From IMG/VR virus record IMGVR_UViG_3300047290_000114, positions 1 through 28,415 of that record: a stretch of 28,415 bases of DNA. One strand, 5' to 3'. A program made the translations under genes and the position numbers. The notes below the pieces were generated by a model. The model did no database searches, was not told where the DNA came from, and worked only from the letters and a program-made list of their open reading frames with translations. This document shows, piece after piece, positions 1 through 6,493 of the stretch. How positions within the stretch are numbered: the first letter of the stretch is position 1; each line of letters begins with the position of its first letter. The DNA comes from a virus. Lineage: Duplodnaviria > Caudoviricetes.

Positions 1-282
1 GGCGTTTTGCGGAATAGTGTCCTGCAACCAAAGCCGCGCCAATTCCCAAGTCTCCCCGCCGTATCTCTTGGATGTTTCGCGAGGCGGCAACGCAAAGACA
101 ATTATTCCTATAAAATTATTCCATTCATTTTTTAATCTCATGCCCAATACTAATGTGCAAACACCCGGCCATTTCCCAATATAATGACGCTTTATCATCG
201 CGTCACCTTCGCTGCGGCCTATACGCTCAACGATACAATTCTCGCGCCATACTTTATCGAAAGTCTGACAATCCGGTTTCAT
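1..282 (-). CDS. mom: Mom-family adenine modification (methylcarbamoylation) protein, GNAT-like; runs off the window edge (partial)
   Basis: Manual translation from ATG at 282 is open to position 1: MKPDCQTFDKVWRENCIVERIGRSEGDAMIKRHYIGKWPGVCTLVLGMRLKNEWNNFIGIIVFALPPRETSKRYGGETWELARLWLQDTIPQNA. The HY, G-x-x-V-F and WELARLW-x-x-D-x-x-P-x-N motifs match Mu Mom-like proteins. Locally AT-rich. Confidence 0.75.
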   Translation of the reverse strand, partial: MKPDCQTFDKVWRENCIVERIGRSEGDAMIKRHYIGKWPGVCTLVLGMRLKNEWNNFIGIIVFALPPRETSKRYGGETWELARLWLQDTIPQNA

Positions 283-347
283 GTTCGATCACACAAAATT
301 TATACATGAGAGAACAATAAACAATATCGCGCCGCCGATTATCTCGA

Positions 348-815
348 TCATTGCATTGCCCTCCACATTGCAATCAAAGCCGCGTCCGAGCGTCCGTTGT
401 CTTTGACCCGCGAGAACGCCGAAGCGTAAGCCGGAAACAATTCGCACGCCCGTTGCCGCGATCCGTCTTTCCCGCCCCGCACGCCGAGCGCCTTTTGCCA
501 GGATTTTGGCGCGACGAACTCAATCGGTATCCCCTGTCCCGCTAATACGCCGCGAACGAGCCCGACGGCAAGCCCGAAAGAAAACATCGACGTGACGCCT
601 TGGCCTGGCATTGCATAGACGCGCTCGATCACCGCGACAACCGGGGGCCGCGCGCCGAGAACGGCCGCGATCATTTGTTCGGATATCTCGTTGCGCTTCT
701 TGCCGTTGCGGAGAACCTGGACCGTTGGCATATCGAGAAGTTCGAGCGTGCCGGCAACCGTATCGAAGAACGCGAACGCGCCCGACGCGCCGGGGTCGAT
801 GCCAAGGATTTTCAT
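348..815 (-). CDS. ruvC: RuvC-like Holliday junction resolvase
   Basis: N-terminal ILGIDPG, central VIERV, SMFSFG, P-x-x-WQK and C-terminal RSDAALIA acidic catalytic pattern. Confidence 0.9.
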   Translation of the reverse strand: MKILGIDPGASGAFAFFDTVAGTLELLDMPTVQVLRNGKKRNEISEQMIAAVLGARPPVVAVIERVYAMPGQGVTSMFSFGLAVGLVRGVLAGQGIPIEFVAPKSWQKALGVRGGKDGSRQRACELFPAYASAFSRVKDNGRSDAALIAMWRAMQ

Positions 816-1024
816 TTACTTCTCACCATCTCTATATCGATCCCAACCACCCGACCGAACGCCGCGATTGTATCGACCAACACCTTGCCGTCATTCTTCA
901 ACGCGAAGTTATAGGTCGCGTGGGAGTACCCCGCGTCAAGCGACACTTGACGTTGCGACTTCCCCGTTGCCCGGCGTGCGCCTTCGATCAACGCCATCGC
1001 CGCTTTGCCGGTGCTAACTTTCAT
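812..1024 (-). CDS. Small XRE/Cro-like helix-turn-helix protein (70 aa)
   Basis: MKVSTGKAAMALIEGARRATGKSQRQVSLDAGYSHATYNFAL shows the HTH pattern (SQRQVS-x-x-AG-x-S-x-x-T). ATG at 1024 overlaps the end of the upstream gene; its stop overlaps the RuvC ATG (ATGA). Confidence 0.7.
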   Translation of the reverse strand: MKVSTGKAAMALIEGARRATGKSQRQVSLDAGYSHATYNFALKNDGKVLVDTIAAFGRVVGIDIEMVRSK

Positions 1025-1289
1025 TGAATTCCCCCGCCAACTGGCCCGCAAGCGCAAGATATCCGCAAGCGTCGATGTAGTCATCGATATTGAAATTGCC
1101 ATTACTGATACGGGCGATCTTTAGACAGACCATAAACATAATACCGTCCTCTGGCGCTATCTCCACGCCGGTTTCGATATTGAACAGGGCCGTAGCGGTT
1201 TCAAACACATCGCGGACTTCTCCGTGCTGTTTCTTGCGCGGGCCGGATACCAGATCCGCCGCCGTGCGGAGAATTTCTTCGGCTTTCAT
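1014..1289 (-). CDS. DUF6378-like phage protein (91 aa)
   Basis: MKAEEILRTAADLVSGPRKKQHG...MFMVCLKIAR...DDYIDACGYLAL is the DUF6378 pattern. True start ATG 1289 overlaps the exonuclease stop (ATGA). Confidence 0.8.
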   Translation of the reverse strand: MKAEEILRTAADLVSGPRKKQHGEVRDVFETATALFNIETGVEIAPEDGIMFMVCLKIARISNGNFNIDDYIDACGYLALAGQLAGEFNES

Positions 1290-1894
1290 TTCCGCCCCCT
1301 CAATTCCGCTTCCGTCGCCGCGACTTCGGCAAGGAAACCCTCGACCGCATCCTCGATCTCGTCGATGCGCTCGTTGTCGGCCTCGACCCGTTTTACAAAT
1401 AGCTGGCAGTTCGCCGGCAAGCGCGGATCGTAGGAAACGAAGTCGCACCAGGCCCGACCCGTACACGCCATTTGAAAATAAATCTGCGGCAAATACTTCG
1501 CTGGCACTTCGTTCGCGCGCAACGTCGTTACATGAGTTAACGAATTCGGGCATTTGATCTCGACCAGGCCGTGTTCGCCAACTAACCCGTCCGGGGACGC
1601 GCCCGCCATCTTCATCAGCGGGTGAACGATAAACCCGACCTCCTCAACGAACACTTCTCGCGTAACTTCGTAGGCCTCGCGGGCGAACGGTTCCTGCTCC
1701 GTCCCCCATTGCATCGCCGCGTTCGCAAAGAACGGCGTAGGCTCGCCCGACAGGCGCTCGGTGACTAGCTCAAGCAAATAGTTACCCCGGCTCGCTGCGG
1801 GCCCGGATTTCGTCTTCGCACAAATATCCGCAACGCGGGAGGCCGTGGCCCTACCAAGCCGCGCCGCAAACCATTCCGCTGATCCTTGTTCCAT
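1286..1894 (-). CDS. YqaJ / lambda-exonuclease family protein
   Basis: QGSAEWFAARLG-x-x-TAS, AMQWG-x-x-QEP-x-A, GASPDG, EIKCP, Y-x-x-QI-x-x-QM, WCDFVSYDPR motifs; AGGAG RBS upstream. Confidence 0.93.
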   Translation of the reverse strand: MEQGSAEWFAARLGRATASRVADICAKTKSGPAASRGNYLLELVTERLSGEPTPFFANAAMQWGTEQEPFAREAYEVTREVFVEEVGFIVHPLMKMAGASPDGLVGEHGLVEIKCPNSLTHVTTLRANEVPAKYLPQIYFQMACTGRAWCDFVSYDPRLPANCQLFVKRVEADNERIDEIEDAVEGFLAEVAATEAELRGRK

Positions 1895-1903
1895 TCTATT
1901 CTC

Positions 1904-1987
1904 CTATATTGACCACGACCGCGACCCCGATCCCGATCGCGATCCCGATCGCGACCAGTAAAGAGCTTTATATTTTGACCTAAACAT
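1904..1987 (-). CDS. Putative 27-aa Ser-X repeat micro-protein MFRSKYKALYWSRSGSRSGSGSRSWSI
   Basis: ATG at 1987, TAG at 1904-1906 overlapping the exonuclease RBS; codon-phased hexamer repeat. Confidence 0.45.
   Translation of the reverse strand: MFRSKYKALYWSRSGSRSGSGSRSWSI
1910..1957. repeat. Imperfect hexanucleotide tandem repeat (about 8 units, NGN-TCG on the minus strand)
   Basis: tga cca cga ccg cga ccc cga tcc cga tcg cga tcc cga tcg cga cca. Confidence 0.85.
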
Positions 1988-2023
1988 CGTGGGCCAGAAC
2001 TCGCCGATCAGTGCTATCGGTAG

Positions 2024-2278
2024 TCATTGGACCTCCTCGCAGGTCACGTCGCGGACCATCCCGTCCGGCACCGCTGCCGGGTTGGCCTCGACGAACGAGG
2101 CCGCGATCGAGCAGGACTTCCAGTCGCCATATTCATGCACGATTGAAGTATAGCGGATCGTCAAGAGGAACGTCGCCGGGCCGGTGTACGCGCTCGGCGA
2201 CGGTGACGGCTCGCGGTAGGGGAACGCGATCATCGCGATCCCAAGGCCGGCCAGCGCGACGAGAAGGCCCGCTCTCAC
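2024..2278 (-). CDS. Hypothetical membrane-anchored/secreted protein (84 aa)
   Basis: GTG start overlapping the upstream stop (GTGA); hydrophobic N-terminus AGLLVALAGLGIAMIAF, Pro/Ser linker, two Cys in the C-terminal part. Confidence 0.6.
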   Translation of the reverse strand: MRAGLLVALAGLGIAMIAFPYREPSPSPSAYTGPATFLLTIRYTSIVHEYGDWKSCSIAASFVEANPAAVPDGMVRDVTCEEVQ

Positions 2279-2457
2279 TTTATCTCGTCCCAGATATCGA
2301 GCGTCTTTTGCGCCGCCGTCGCGAGCCGCGCGTCGTCGACCAACGCGATCAAAGCGAGGCATTCCCGTGCGTTTAATCCCCCCTGACCCGCCGGGTGCAG
2401 GAGTGCGCGGCTGTTTTTCCAATACGAACATGCAATCGATTCCCGTGCTGTTTTCAT
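2275..2457 (-). CDS. Hypothetical protein (60 aa)
   Basis: GAGG RBS; ATGA overlap with the upstream gene; fits the tight leftward operon. Confidence 0.6.
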   Translation of the reverse strand: MKTARESIACSYWKNSRALLHPAGQGGLNARECLALIALVDDARLATAAQKTLDIWDEIK

Positions 2458-2741
2458 TTTGACGCCTCTATATTATGGTATTCGTTCCAAAGCCGGCGGT
2501 TTTCCTCGGTTATCGCTGCTTTTTTCGCCGCTTCCAACGCCGCCTTCGCCGCCGCCTTTGCGGCGTGCCGCGCGTCGGTCGCCGCCTCTTCTTTCCGGAT
2601 TTTGAGCAATATCTTCGAAAGCACGACAGGGTCGGGGTGAAGGCTGACGGCGCGCCCCAATTGTTTTAACACCTCGTCGGCGTCCGGGTCCAAGTTCGGC
2701 ACTTCGCCGAAGTTTACCCAATCCGATCTATTTATGGTCAT
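2454..2741 (-). CDS. Hypothetical protein with Ala/Lys-rich helical segment (95 aa)
   Basis: Operonic overlaps on both sides; AAKAAAKAALEAAKKAA tract. Confidence 0.6.
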   Translation of the reverse strand: MTINRSDWVNFGEVPNLDPDADEVLKQLGRAVSLHPDPVVLSKILLKIRKEEAATDARHAAKAAAKAALEAAKKAAITEENRRLWNEYHNIEASK

Positions 2742-2826
2742 CGTCGAGCGTCCGAATCGCCCAAATCGCGATCGCGACGACGCCGATCACAAATAACACG
2801 GCCAGCACCGGCAGGAGAATCGTCAT
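2728..2826 (-). CDS. Small single-pass membrane protein (32 aa) MTILLPVLAVLFVIGVVAIAIWAIRTLDDDHK
   Basis: ATG overlaps the stop of the upstream gene (ATGA); one clear hydrophobic helix followed by a charged tail; below the ORF-track cutoff. Confidence 0.55.
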   Translation of the reverse strand: MTILLPVLAVLFVIGVVAIAIWAIRTLDDDHK

Positions 2827-3260
2827 GGCAGTGTTCGATGCAATACTCGATACAATGCGCGCAAATTTTGCGAGCTTTTAATTATTAGAGAAACCGATTT
2901 GGCGCTAAATTCCCCTCCCCTTGGCCCACCAAAACCAAGCGCATTAAGGCGCTCTGCAATCTCGTCGCACTTTGCTCCATTGATTAATTCGGCTCTGATT
3001 TCTGGGATTAAGCGCCGCCGAGATGTCGGTAGTTTTTTGTGAGGCCCCGGCAGCATTATGTGAACGGCGTCTTCGTAGATCGCCCAGCGGCGCCCAACTT
3101 TCACGGCCTCTATTTTTCCCCGATAAACCAAATTGTGCATCGATTTTTTTGTCAGGTTTAACCGTTTAGCCGCCTCCTTCGTGGTAATTGTTTTGCGTTT
3201 CGGTGGCTTGTTACCGGGGGCAGAAAGCCGCGCAAAAAACCTAGTAATAAAATTGACCAT
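2823..3260 (-). CDS. DNA-binding protein: excisionase-like HTH (HTH_17) plus a C-terminal segment resembling the serine-recombinase DNA-binding domain
   Basis: ITTKEAAKRLNLTKKSMHNLVYRGKIEAVKVGRRWAI (Xis/HTH_17 pattern) and IAERLNALGFGGPRGGEFSAKSVSLII. GGGAG RBS before ATG 3260. Confidence 0.7.
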   Translation of the reverse strand: MVNFITRFFARLSAPGNKPPKRKTITTKEAAKRLNLTKKSMHNLVYRGKIEAVKVGRRWAIYEDAVHIMLPGPHKKLPTSRRRLIPEIRAELINGAKCDEIAERLNALGFGGPRGGEFSAKSVSLIIKSSQNLRALYRVLHRTLP

Positions 3261-3261
3261 A

Positions 3262-3498
3262 TCAATTAGTCTCCCGACCAAATTTAAGGATATCCTCGAT
3301 CCGGGCAACGCCGCCCTCGGCGTCGTCAACGAACATCTCTAGGGCGCGCTGTTTCGCCCGCTCAACGCGGTTGGGCGTTAGATGGGCCGCGAACCCGTCC
3401 GCGAGGTCAATCGCGTCCGCAAGGCGATCCGGGGGCGCCCGGAGGGCCATATACAAGGCGGCGACCGTCAGCGAGTAAAAGGAGGGCGAGGGGGTCAT
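3262..3498 (-). CDS. Hypothetical protein (78 aa)
   Basis: ATGA overlap with the upstream ORF; helical amphipathic sequence. Confidence 0.6.
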   Translation of the reverse strand: MTPSPSFYSLTVAALYMALRAPPDRLADAIDLADGFAAHLTPNRVERAKQRALEMFVDDAEGGVARIEDILKFGRETN

Positions 3499-3671
3499 TG
3501 GGCACCCCCGATCGCGCCGAGAAACCCGTTAAGGGTTTCCATTGAGGCAGCGTTTTCGTCGATGATCTCGGCGCGGCTCAAGAGTTGGTGTTCCGCGGGC
3601 GTGAGGCGCTCCTTACATTGGAGCGAAAAGAATTGCGCCTTGGTAAGCCGGGGGCGGGTGAAGGTTGCCAT
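3495..3671 (-). CDS. Hypothetical protein (58 aa) MATFTRPRLTKAQFFSLQCKERLTPAEHQLLSRAEIIDENAASMETLNGFLGAIGGAQ
   Basis: GGAGG RBS before ATG 3671; stop overlaps the next ATG; not in the ORF track. Confidence 0.6.
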   Translation of the reverse strand: MATFTRPRLTKAQFFSLQCKERLTPAEHQLLSRAEIIDENAASMETLNGFLGAIGGAQ

Positions 3672-3674
3672 GTT

Positions 3675-3875
3675 CTAGCCCTCCACCGGAGCCGGGTTAG
3701 CGCAAGTGGAGCAAAAAGGCACCGCTTCGCGGAATGGCGAGCGAAACTCAACGCCGTTTATGATGTCGATTGTATCCCCGATCACGATAGACTTTTTCGC
3801 GTACTGATCGCCCTTGCGGATTTCGCACTTGCATTTCGCGCAGGTGTAGTCTCGGTTCGCTCGTTTCGTTTTCAT
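3675..3875 (-). CDS. Small zinc-ribbon protein (66 aa)
   Basis: GAGGAG RBS; CAKC...IRKGDQY...FCSTC gives two CxxC pairs. Confidence 0.7.
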   Translation of the reverse strand: MKTKRANRDYTCAKCKCEIRKGDQYAKKSIVIGDTIDIINGVEFRSPFREAVPFCSTCANPAPVEG

Positions 3876-3918
3876 CGTGTTTTCTCCTCGTGTTTCGTGT
3901 TGGTTGCTCAGTGTCGTT

Positions 3919-3948
3919 ACCCTAATCGGTATCAAGTCTGCTTGTCAA
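3919..3948 (-). promoter_or_regulatory. Putative sigma70 early promoter, leftward
   Basis: Minus strand TTGACA-N18-TAGGGT with an AT-rich upstream tract, directly ahead of the leftward small-gene operon. Confidence 0.55.
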
Positions 3949-4033
3949 CGGGTAATTTAATAGGGGGGGTATTTATTTTATCGGTTTTTCGTTCCTATTA
4001 CGTTCTAAAGCAGAGGTGACCCCCAATCTCTTA

Positions 4034-4204
4034 TTACGACCTCGCTTTGAGGCGCGCGATCACTTCCCAGGGCTCCAGCTTGCGCGGCGACTTTGCGCGC
4101 CGCTTGGCCATGCTCTTCGCCCGCTTCGCGTCCCTAACGATTTCCTCGATCGCCATATATTTCAGAAACCGGTGTTTGCGATCCCTGTTGTGATTCTCGG
4201 GCAT
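4034..4204 (-). CDS. Hypothetical basic protein (56 aa) MPENHNRDRKHRFLKYMAIEEIVRDAKRAKSMAKRRAKSPRKLEPWEVIARLKARS
   Basis: TAATG coupling with the upstream ORF; not in the ORF track. Confidence 0.5.
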   Translation of the reverse strand: MPENHNRDRKHRFLKYMAIEEIVRDAKRAKSMAKRRAKSPRKLEPWEVIARLKARS

Positions 4205-4452
4205 TACGACCAGTCCTGGGCTGCGCGCTTTGCTTCGCGCTTTGCTTCGCGCTTCGCGGTCGACGCTGCCCGCGCTTGGAGCCGGTGCAGCAAAGTGTCG
4301 TTGCTGGTCGGGCCAGGGGGCGGGCCAGGGCTGTCGAGCAGGGCGTGGATATGTTCCGCTTCGAGTTCCGCCATCCTGGACGCAATGTTAATTTTGACAA
4401 TCGCGGCTAAACTGGGGCCTACTTTCGATCGCCGTTCGCGCTTCTTTTTCAT
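4204..4452 (-). CDS. Hypothetical basic protein (82 aa) with AKRE repeats
   Basis: GAGGT RBS nearby; a 12-bp tandem repeat (gcgctttgcttc) encodes AKREAKREAKR. Confidence 0.5.
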   Translation of the reverse strand: MKKKRERRSKVGPSLAAIVKINIASRMAELEAEHIHALLDSPGPPPGPTSNDTLLHRLQARAASTAKREAKREAKRAAQDWS

Positions 4453-4481
4453 CTCATTTTACCTCTATCTAAACGCCAGTA

Positions 4482-4513
4482 TTGACTATCCTCCCGGCCC
4501 GGAATAATGTCAA
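4482..4513. promoter_or_regulatory. Overlapping divergent promoter pair at the strand switch
   Basis: Plus strand TTGACT(4482)-N17-TAATGT; minus strand TTGACA(4513)-N17-GATAGT. Confidence 0.5.
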
Positions 4514-4529
4514 GTACACTTGCTAATAT

Positions 4530-4710
4530 GCTATACTAAACCCTCTAGTTAGGCCCCCCCAAAAAAGGGGGGGGCATACTAACCCAACTATACTAGCCTA
4601 ACTTGGCCTAACTTGGCGGAAACCTGCGGCATACTAAGCCTTACTAAACGAGTTGGGGGGGGCCTAACTAAGACTTCCCCCCCCTAATAGGGGGGAAGTT
4701 AGTATGGCCC
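4530..4710. repeat. Non-coding palindrome/iteron-rich element (candidate replication origin)
   Basis: Inverted repeat TAGTTAGGCCCCCCCAA (4546-4562) / TTGGGGGGGGCCTAACTA (4653-4670); C7-A6-G8 hairpin; ACTTCCCCCCCC-TAATA-GGGGGGAAGT hairpin; direct repeats GCATACTAA x2 and CCTAACTTGG x2. Confidence 0.7.
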
Positions 4711-4717
4711 GGCGATT

Positions 4718-5272
4718 TTGGAGAAGGACAACACGGTGGAAAAAACGAAATTGATCCCGGTTTGGGAGAACGAAAACGAGACGATCGACGCGGCACTTAA
4801 ACCGCTCGATCGGGTGGCGTCTAAGATGGAGCGGAAATGGGGCGTCGGTCGTCTCCCCTACCTCGTCGATCCCGATCTCGCCCAGAAGTTTACAAACACG
4901 AAGCTGAAACTTGACAATGCGATCGACGGCAACGATCGCGAACGGGTCGCCCACGCCGCCGACCAAATGATCAGGGCCTGGCGAGCTCTAGACGCCGCCG
5001 CAACCGAAGCCGGGGTCGATCCCCGGCCGGATACGGTCTGGGAGGTCCGGCGGGCCGGAAAACCCGTCACCGTGGTCTTTCACCGCGAGGACATTGGAAC
5101 CTACCCGGATGCGCTCACGCTCGCCGAACTCGTCGAGGCCTACCACATCGTGCGCGAGCGCCCGATCGTCAAAGCGGCGATCCTAGCGTTCCCCGGCGCC
5201 ACAGTCGCGCAGGCTAATCCCCGCGCCGGGACGTGGGAAGAGGAACTGGACGACGAGATCCCATTTAGTTAA
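4718..5272 (+). CDS. Conserved-looking phage hypothetical protein with acidic DDEIPF tail (start may be GTG 4736)
   Basis: Open frame with good codon usage; LDRVASKMERKWGVGRLP helical motif; ends LDDEIPFS. Confidence 0.7.
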   Translation: MEKDNTVEKTKLIPVWENENETIDAALKPLDRVASKMERKWGVGRLPYLVDPDLAQKFTNTKLKLDNAIDGNDRERVAHAADQMIRAWRALDAAATEAGVDPRPDTVWEVRRAGKPVTVVFHREDIGTYPDALTLAELVEAYHIVRERPIVKAAILAFPGATVAQANPRAGTWEEELDDEIPFS

Positions 5273-5318
5273 GCCCCGATTCTATTATGATAAAATTTCA
5301 TAGTTAGGGATCGGGGCC

Positions 5319-5762
5319 ATGAAAAAGTGTTTCAAATGCGGACAAATTAAGGAATTGAATGATTTCTACGCCCACAGACAAATGGCAGATGGAAGATTGA
5401 ACAAATGTAAGGAATGTACCAGGTCAGATGTTCGGAAACATCGTTTAGAGAACGATTCGGTTCGAGAATATGATCGGCGCCGGTTTGCCGAAAACCATAA
5501 TGGGCGCAAGGAGCGGATGCAGCAAAACGTTCGTAATTGGAACCTGGAAAACCCCGATGGTTATTTTGCTCATAATTCTGTTTCTAACGCCATCCGCGAT
5601 GGAAAACTTATTAGGAAACCATGCGAAGTTTGCGGTTCGGTTCGTTCTCACGCGCACCACGATGATTATTCCAAACCATTAGATGTTCGCTGGTTGTGTG
5701 CCGTTCACCATGCGCGGCACCATGCGTTGCTTACGGACCCACAAATGAGGATTAGCCAATGA
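5319..5762 (+). CDS. Zn-binding HNH-type endonuclease-like protein
   Basis: CFKC...FY...DGRLNKCKEC N-terminal domain; PCEVCG...HAHHDDYSKPLDVRWLC-x-x-HH C-terminal His-Me finger. AT-rich relative to its neighbours. Confidence 0.8.
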   Translation: MKKCFKCGQIKELNDFYAHRQMADGRLNKCKECTRSDVRKHRLENDSVREYDRRRFAENHNGRKERMQQNVRNWNLENPDGYFAHNSVSNAIRDGKLIRKPCEVCGSVRSHAHHDDYSKPLDVRWLCAVHHARHHALLTDPQMRISQ

Positions 5763-5938
5763 TCGAACCTTTTGAGTTTTTCGTCAGCGATACCAAATCA
5801 ACCCGCGTCGTCAAAGTGACTGTCTCGAAGGTCGAAATTGAACGGAATTCCGATCTGCAAACGCTTCTCGGCGCAAAAGTCGTGAACGCGCTGTATATGC
5901 TAAATTCCAACCCCAGCACCGGGGCGGTTGGGGAATGA
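5759..5938 (+). CDS. Hypothetical protein (59 aa) MIEPFEFFVSDTKSTRVVKVTVSKVEIERNSDLQTLLGAKVVNALYMLNSNPSTGAVGE
   Basis: ATGA overlaps at both ends fill the gap exactly; not in the ORF track. Confidence 0.6.
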   Translation: MIEPFEFFVSDTKSTRVVKVTVSKVEIERNSDLQTLLGAKVVNALYMLNSNPSTGAVGE

Positions 5939-6489
5939 GCTATATATTCGATAAAATCCCCTACATTCGCGGATTTGTGCGCCGCGAATACACGCGCAAC
6001 CTCGTGGACGGACACCGGGAATTCCTGCCCGCCGTGTTTGTCGGCGTTCGGTGCGTGCGCGGGTTGTCCCTGCAATTCCAGGCGTGGTTCGTTGACGGTT
6101 CCGCCGCAGCCGGCGCGTGCTATTTGGTGCCGATTGAGGCGTGCGTCGTCAAACCGTGCAAGGTGCCGATTAAAAACATAATCCAACCGTGGGACACGTT
6201 TTCGTCGGATTTCGGCGTCGGGCGAATCGATTTATTCCACCGATCCCGCGTTTACGTCCTCCCCGATCGAGCGCCCGCTCGATACGAATTCACAATTGAT
6301 TTCGCCGGTACCGACCTCGCCGACGATCCCGAGCAGCACAAACACCTGCACGTCGTCAAATTCGACGCCGGCCATCTCGGCGCGTTCCCCAATAATCGGC
6401 TATTGTTCGAGGATTTGGCGTTCATGAAGTCCGTTACCGACACAAAACCCGATTTTATTGCATCAAATCACGAATTCTTCTCAGAATAA
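5935..6489 (+). CDS. Conserved phage hypothetical protein (184 aa)
   Basis: VRREY...GH-x-EF, QPWDTFS, YEFTIDF, EQHKHLH, G-x-x-GAFPNNR motifs recall an uncharacterised family seen in aquatic phages. Confidence 0.75.
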   Translation: MSYIFDKIPYIRGFVRREYTRNLVDGHREFLPAVFVGVRCVRGLSLQFQAWFVDGSAAAGACYLVPIEACVVKPCKVPIKNIIQPWDTFSSDFGVGRIDLFHRSRVYVLPDRAPARYEFTIDFAGTDLADDPEQHKHLHVVKFDAGHLGAFPNNRLLFEDLAFMKSVTDTKPDFIASNHEFFSE

Positions 6490-6493
6490 CTAA

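Noticed and set aside
1290-1553. Long N-terminal extension of the DUF6378 ORF
   Set aside because: Lies wholly within the exonuclease gene; ATG 1289 gives a standard ATGA overlap.
4016-4507. 163-aa plus-strand ORF
   Set aside because: Antisense to two coupled minus-strand ORFs that have a promoter and RBS and match the local gene orientation; not fully excluded.
4530-4710. CRISPR array or MITE interpretation of the repeat cluster
   Set aside because: Repeats are 9-18 bp without regular unique spacers; no target-site duplication or transposase is evident.
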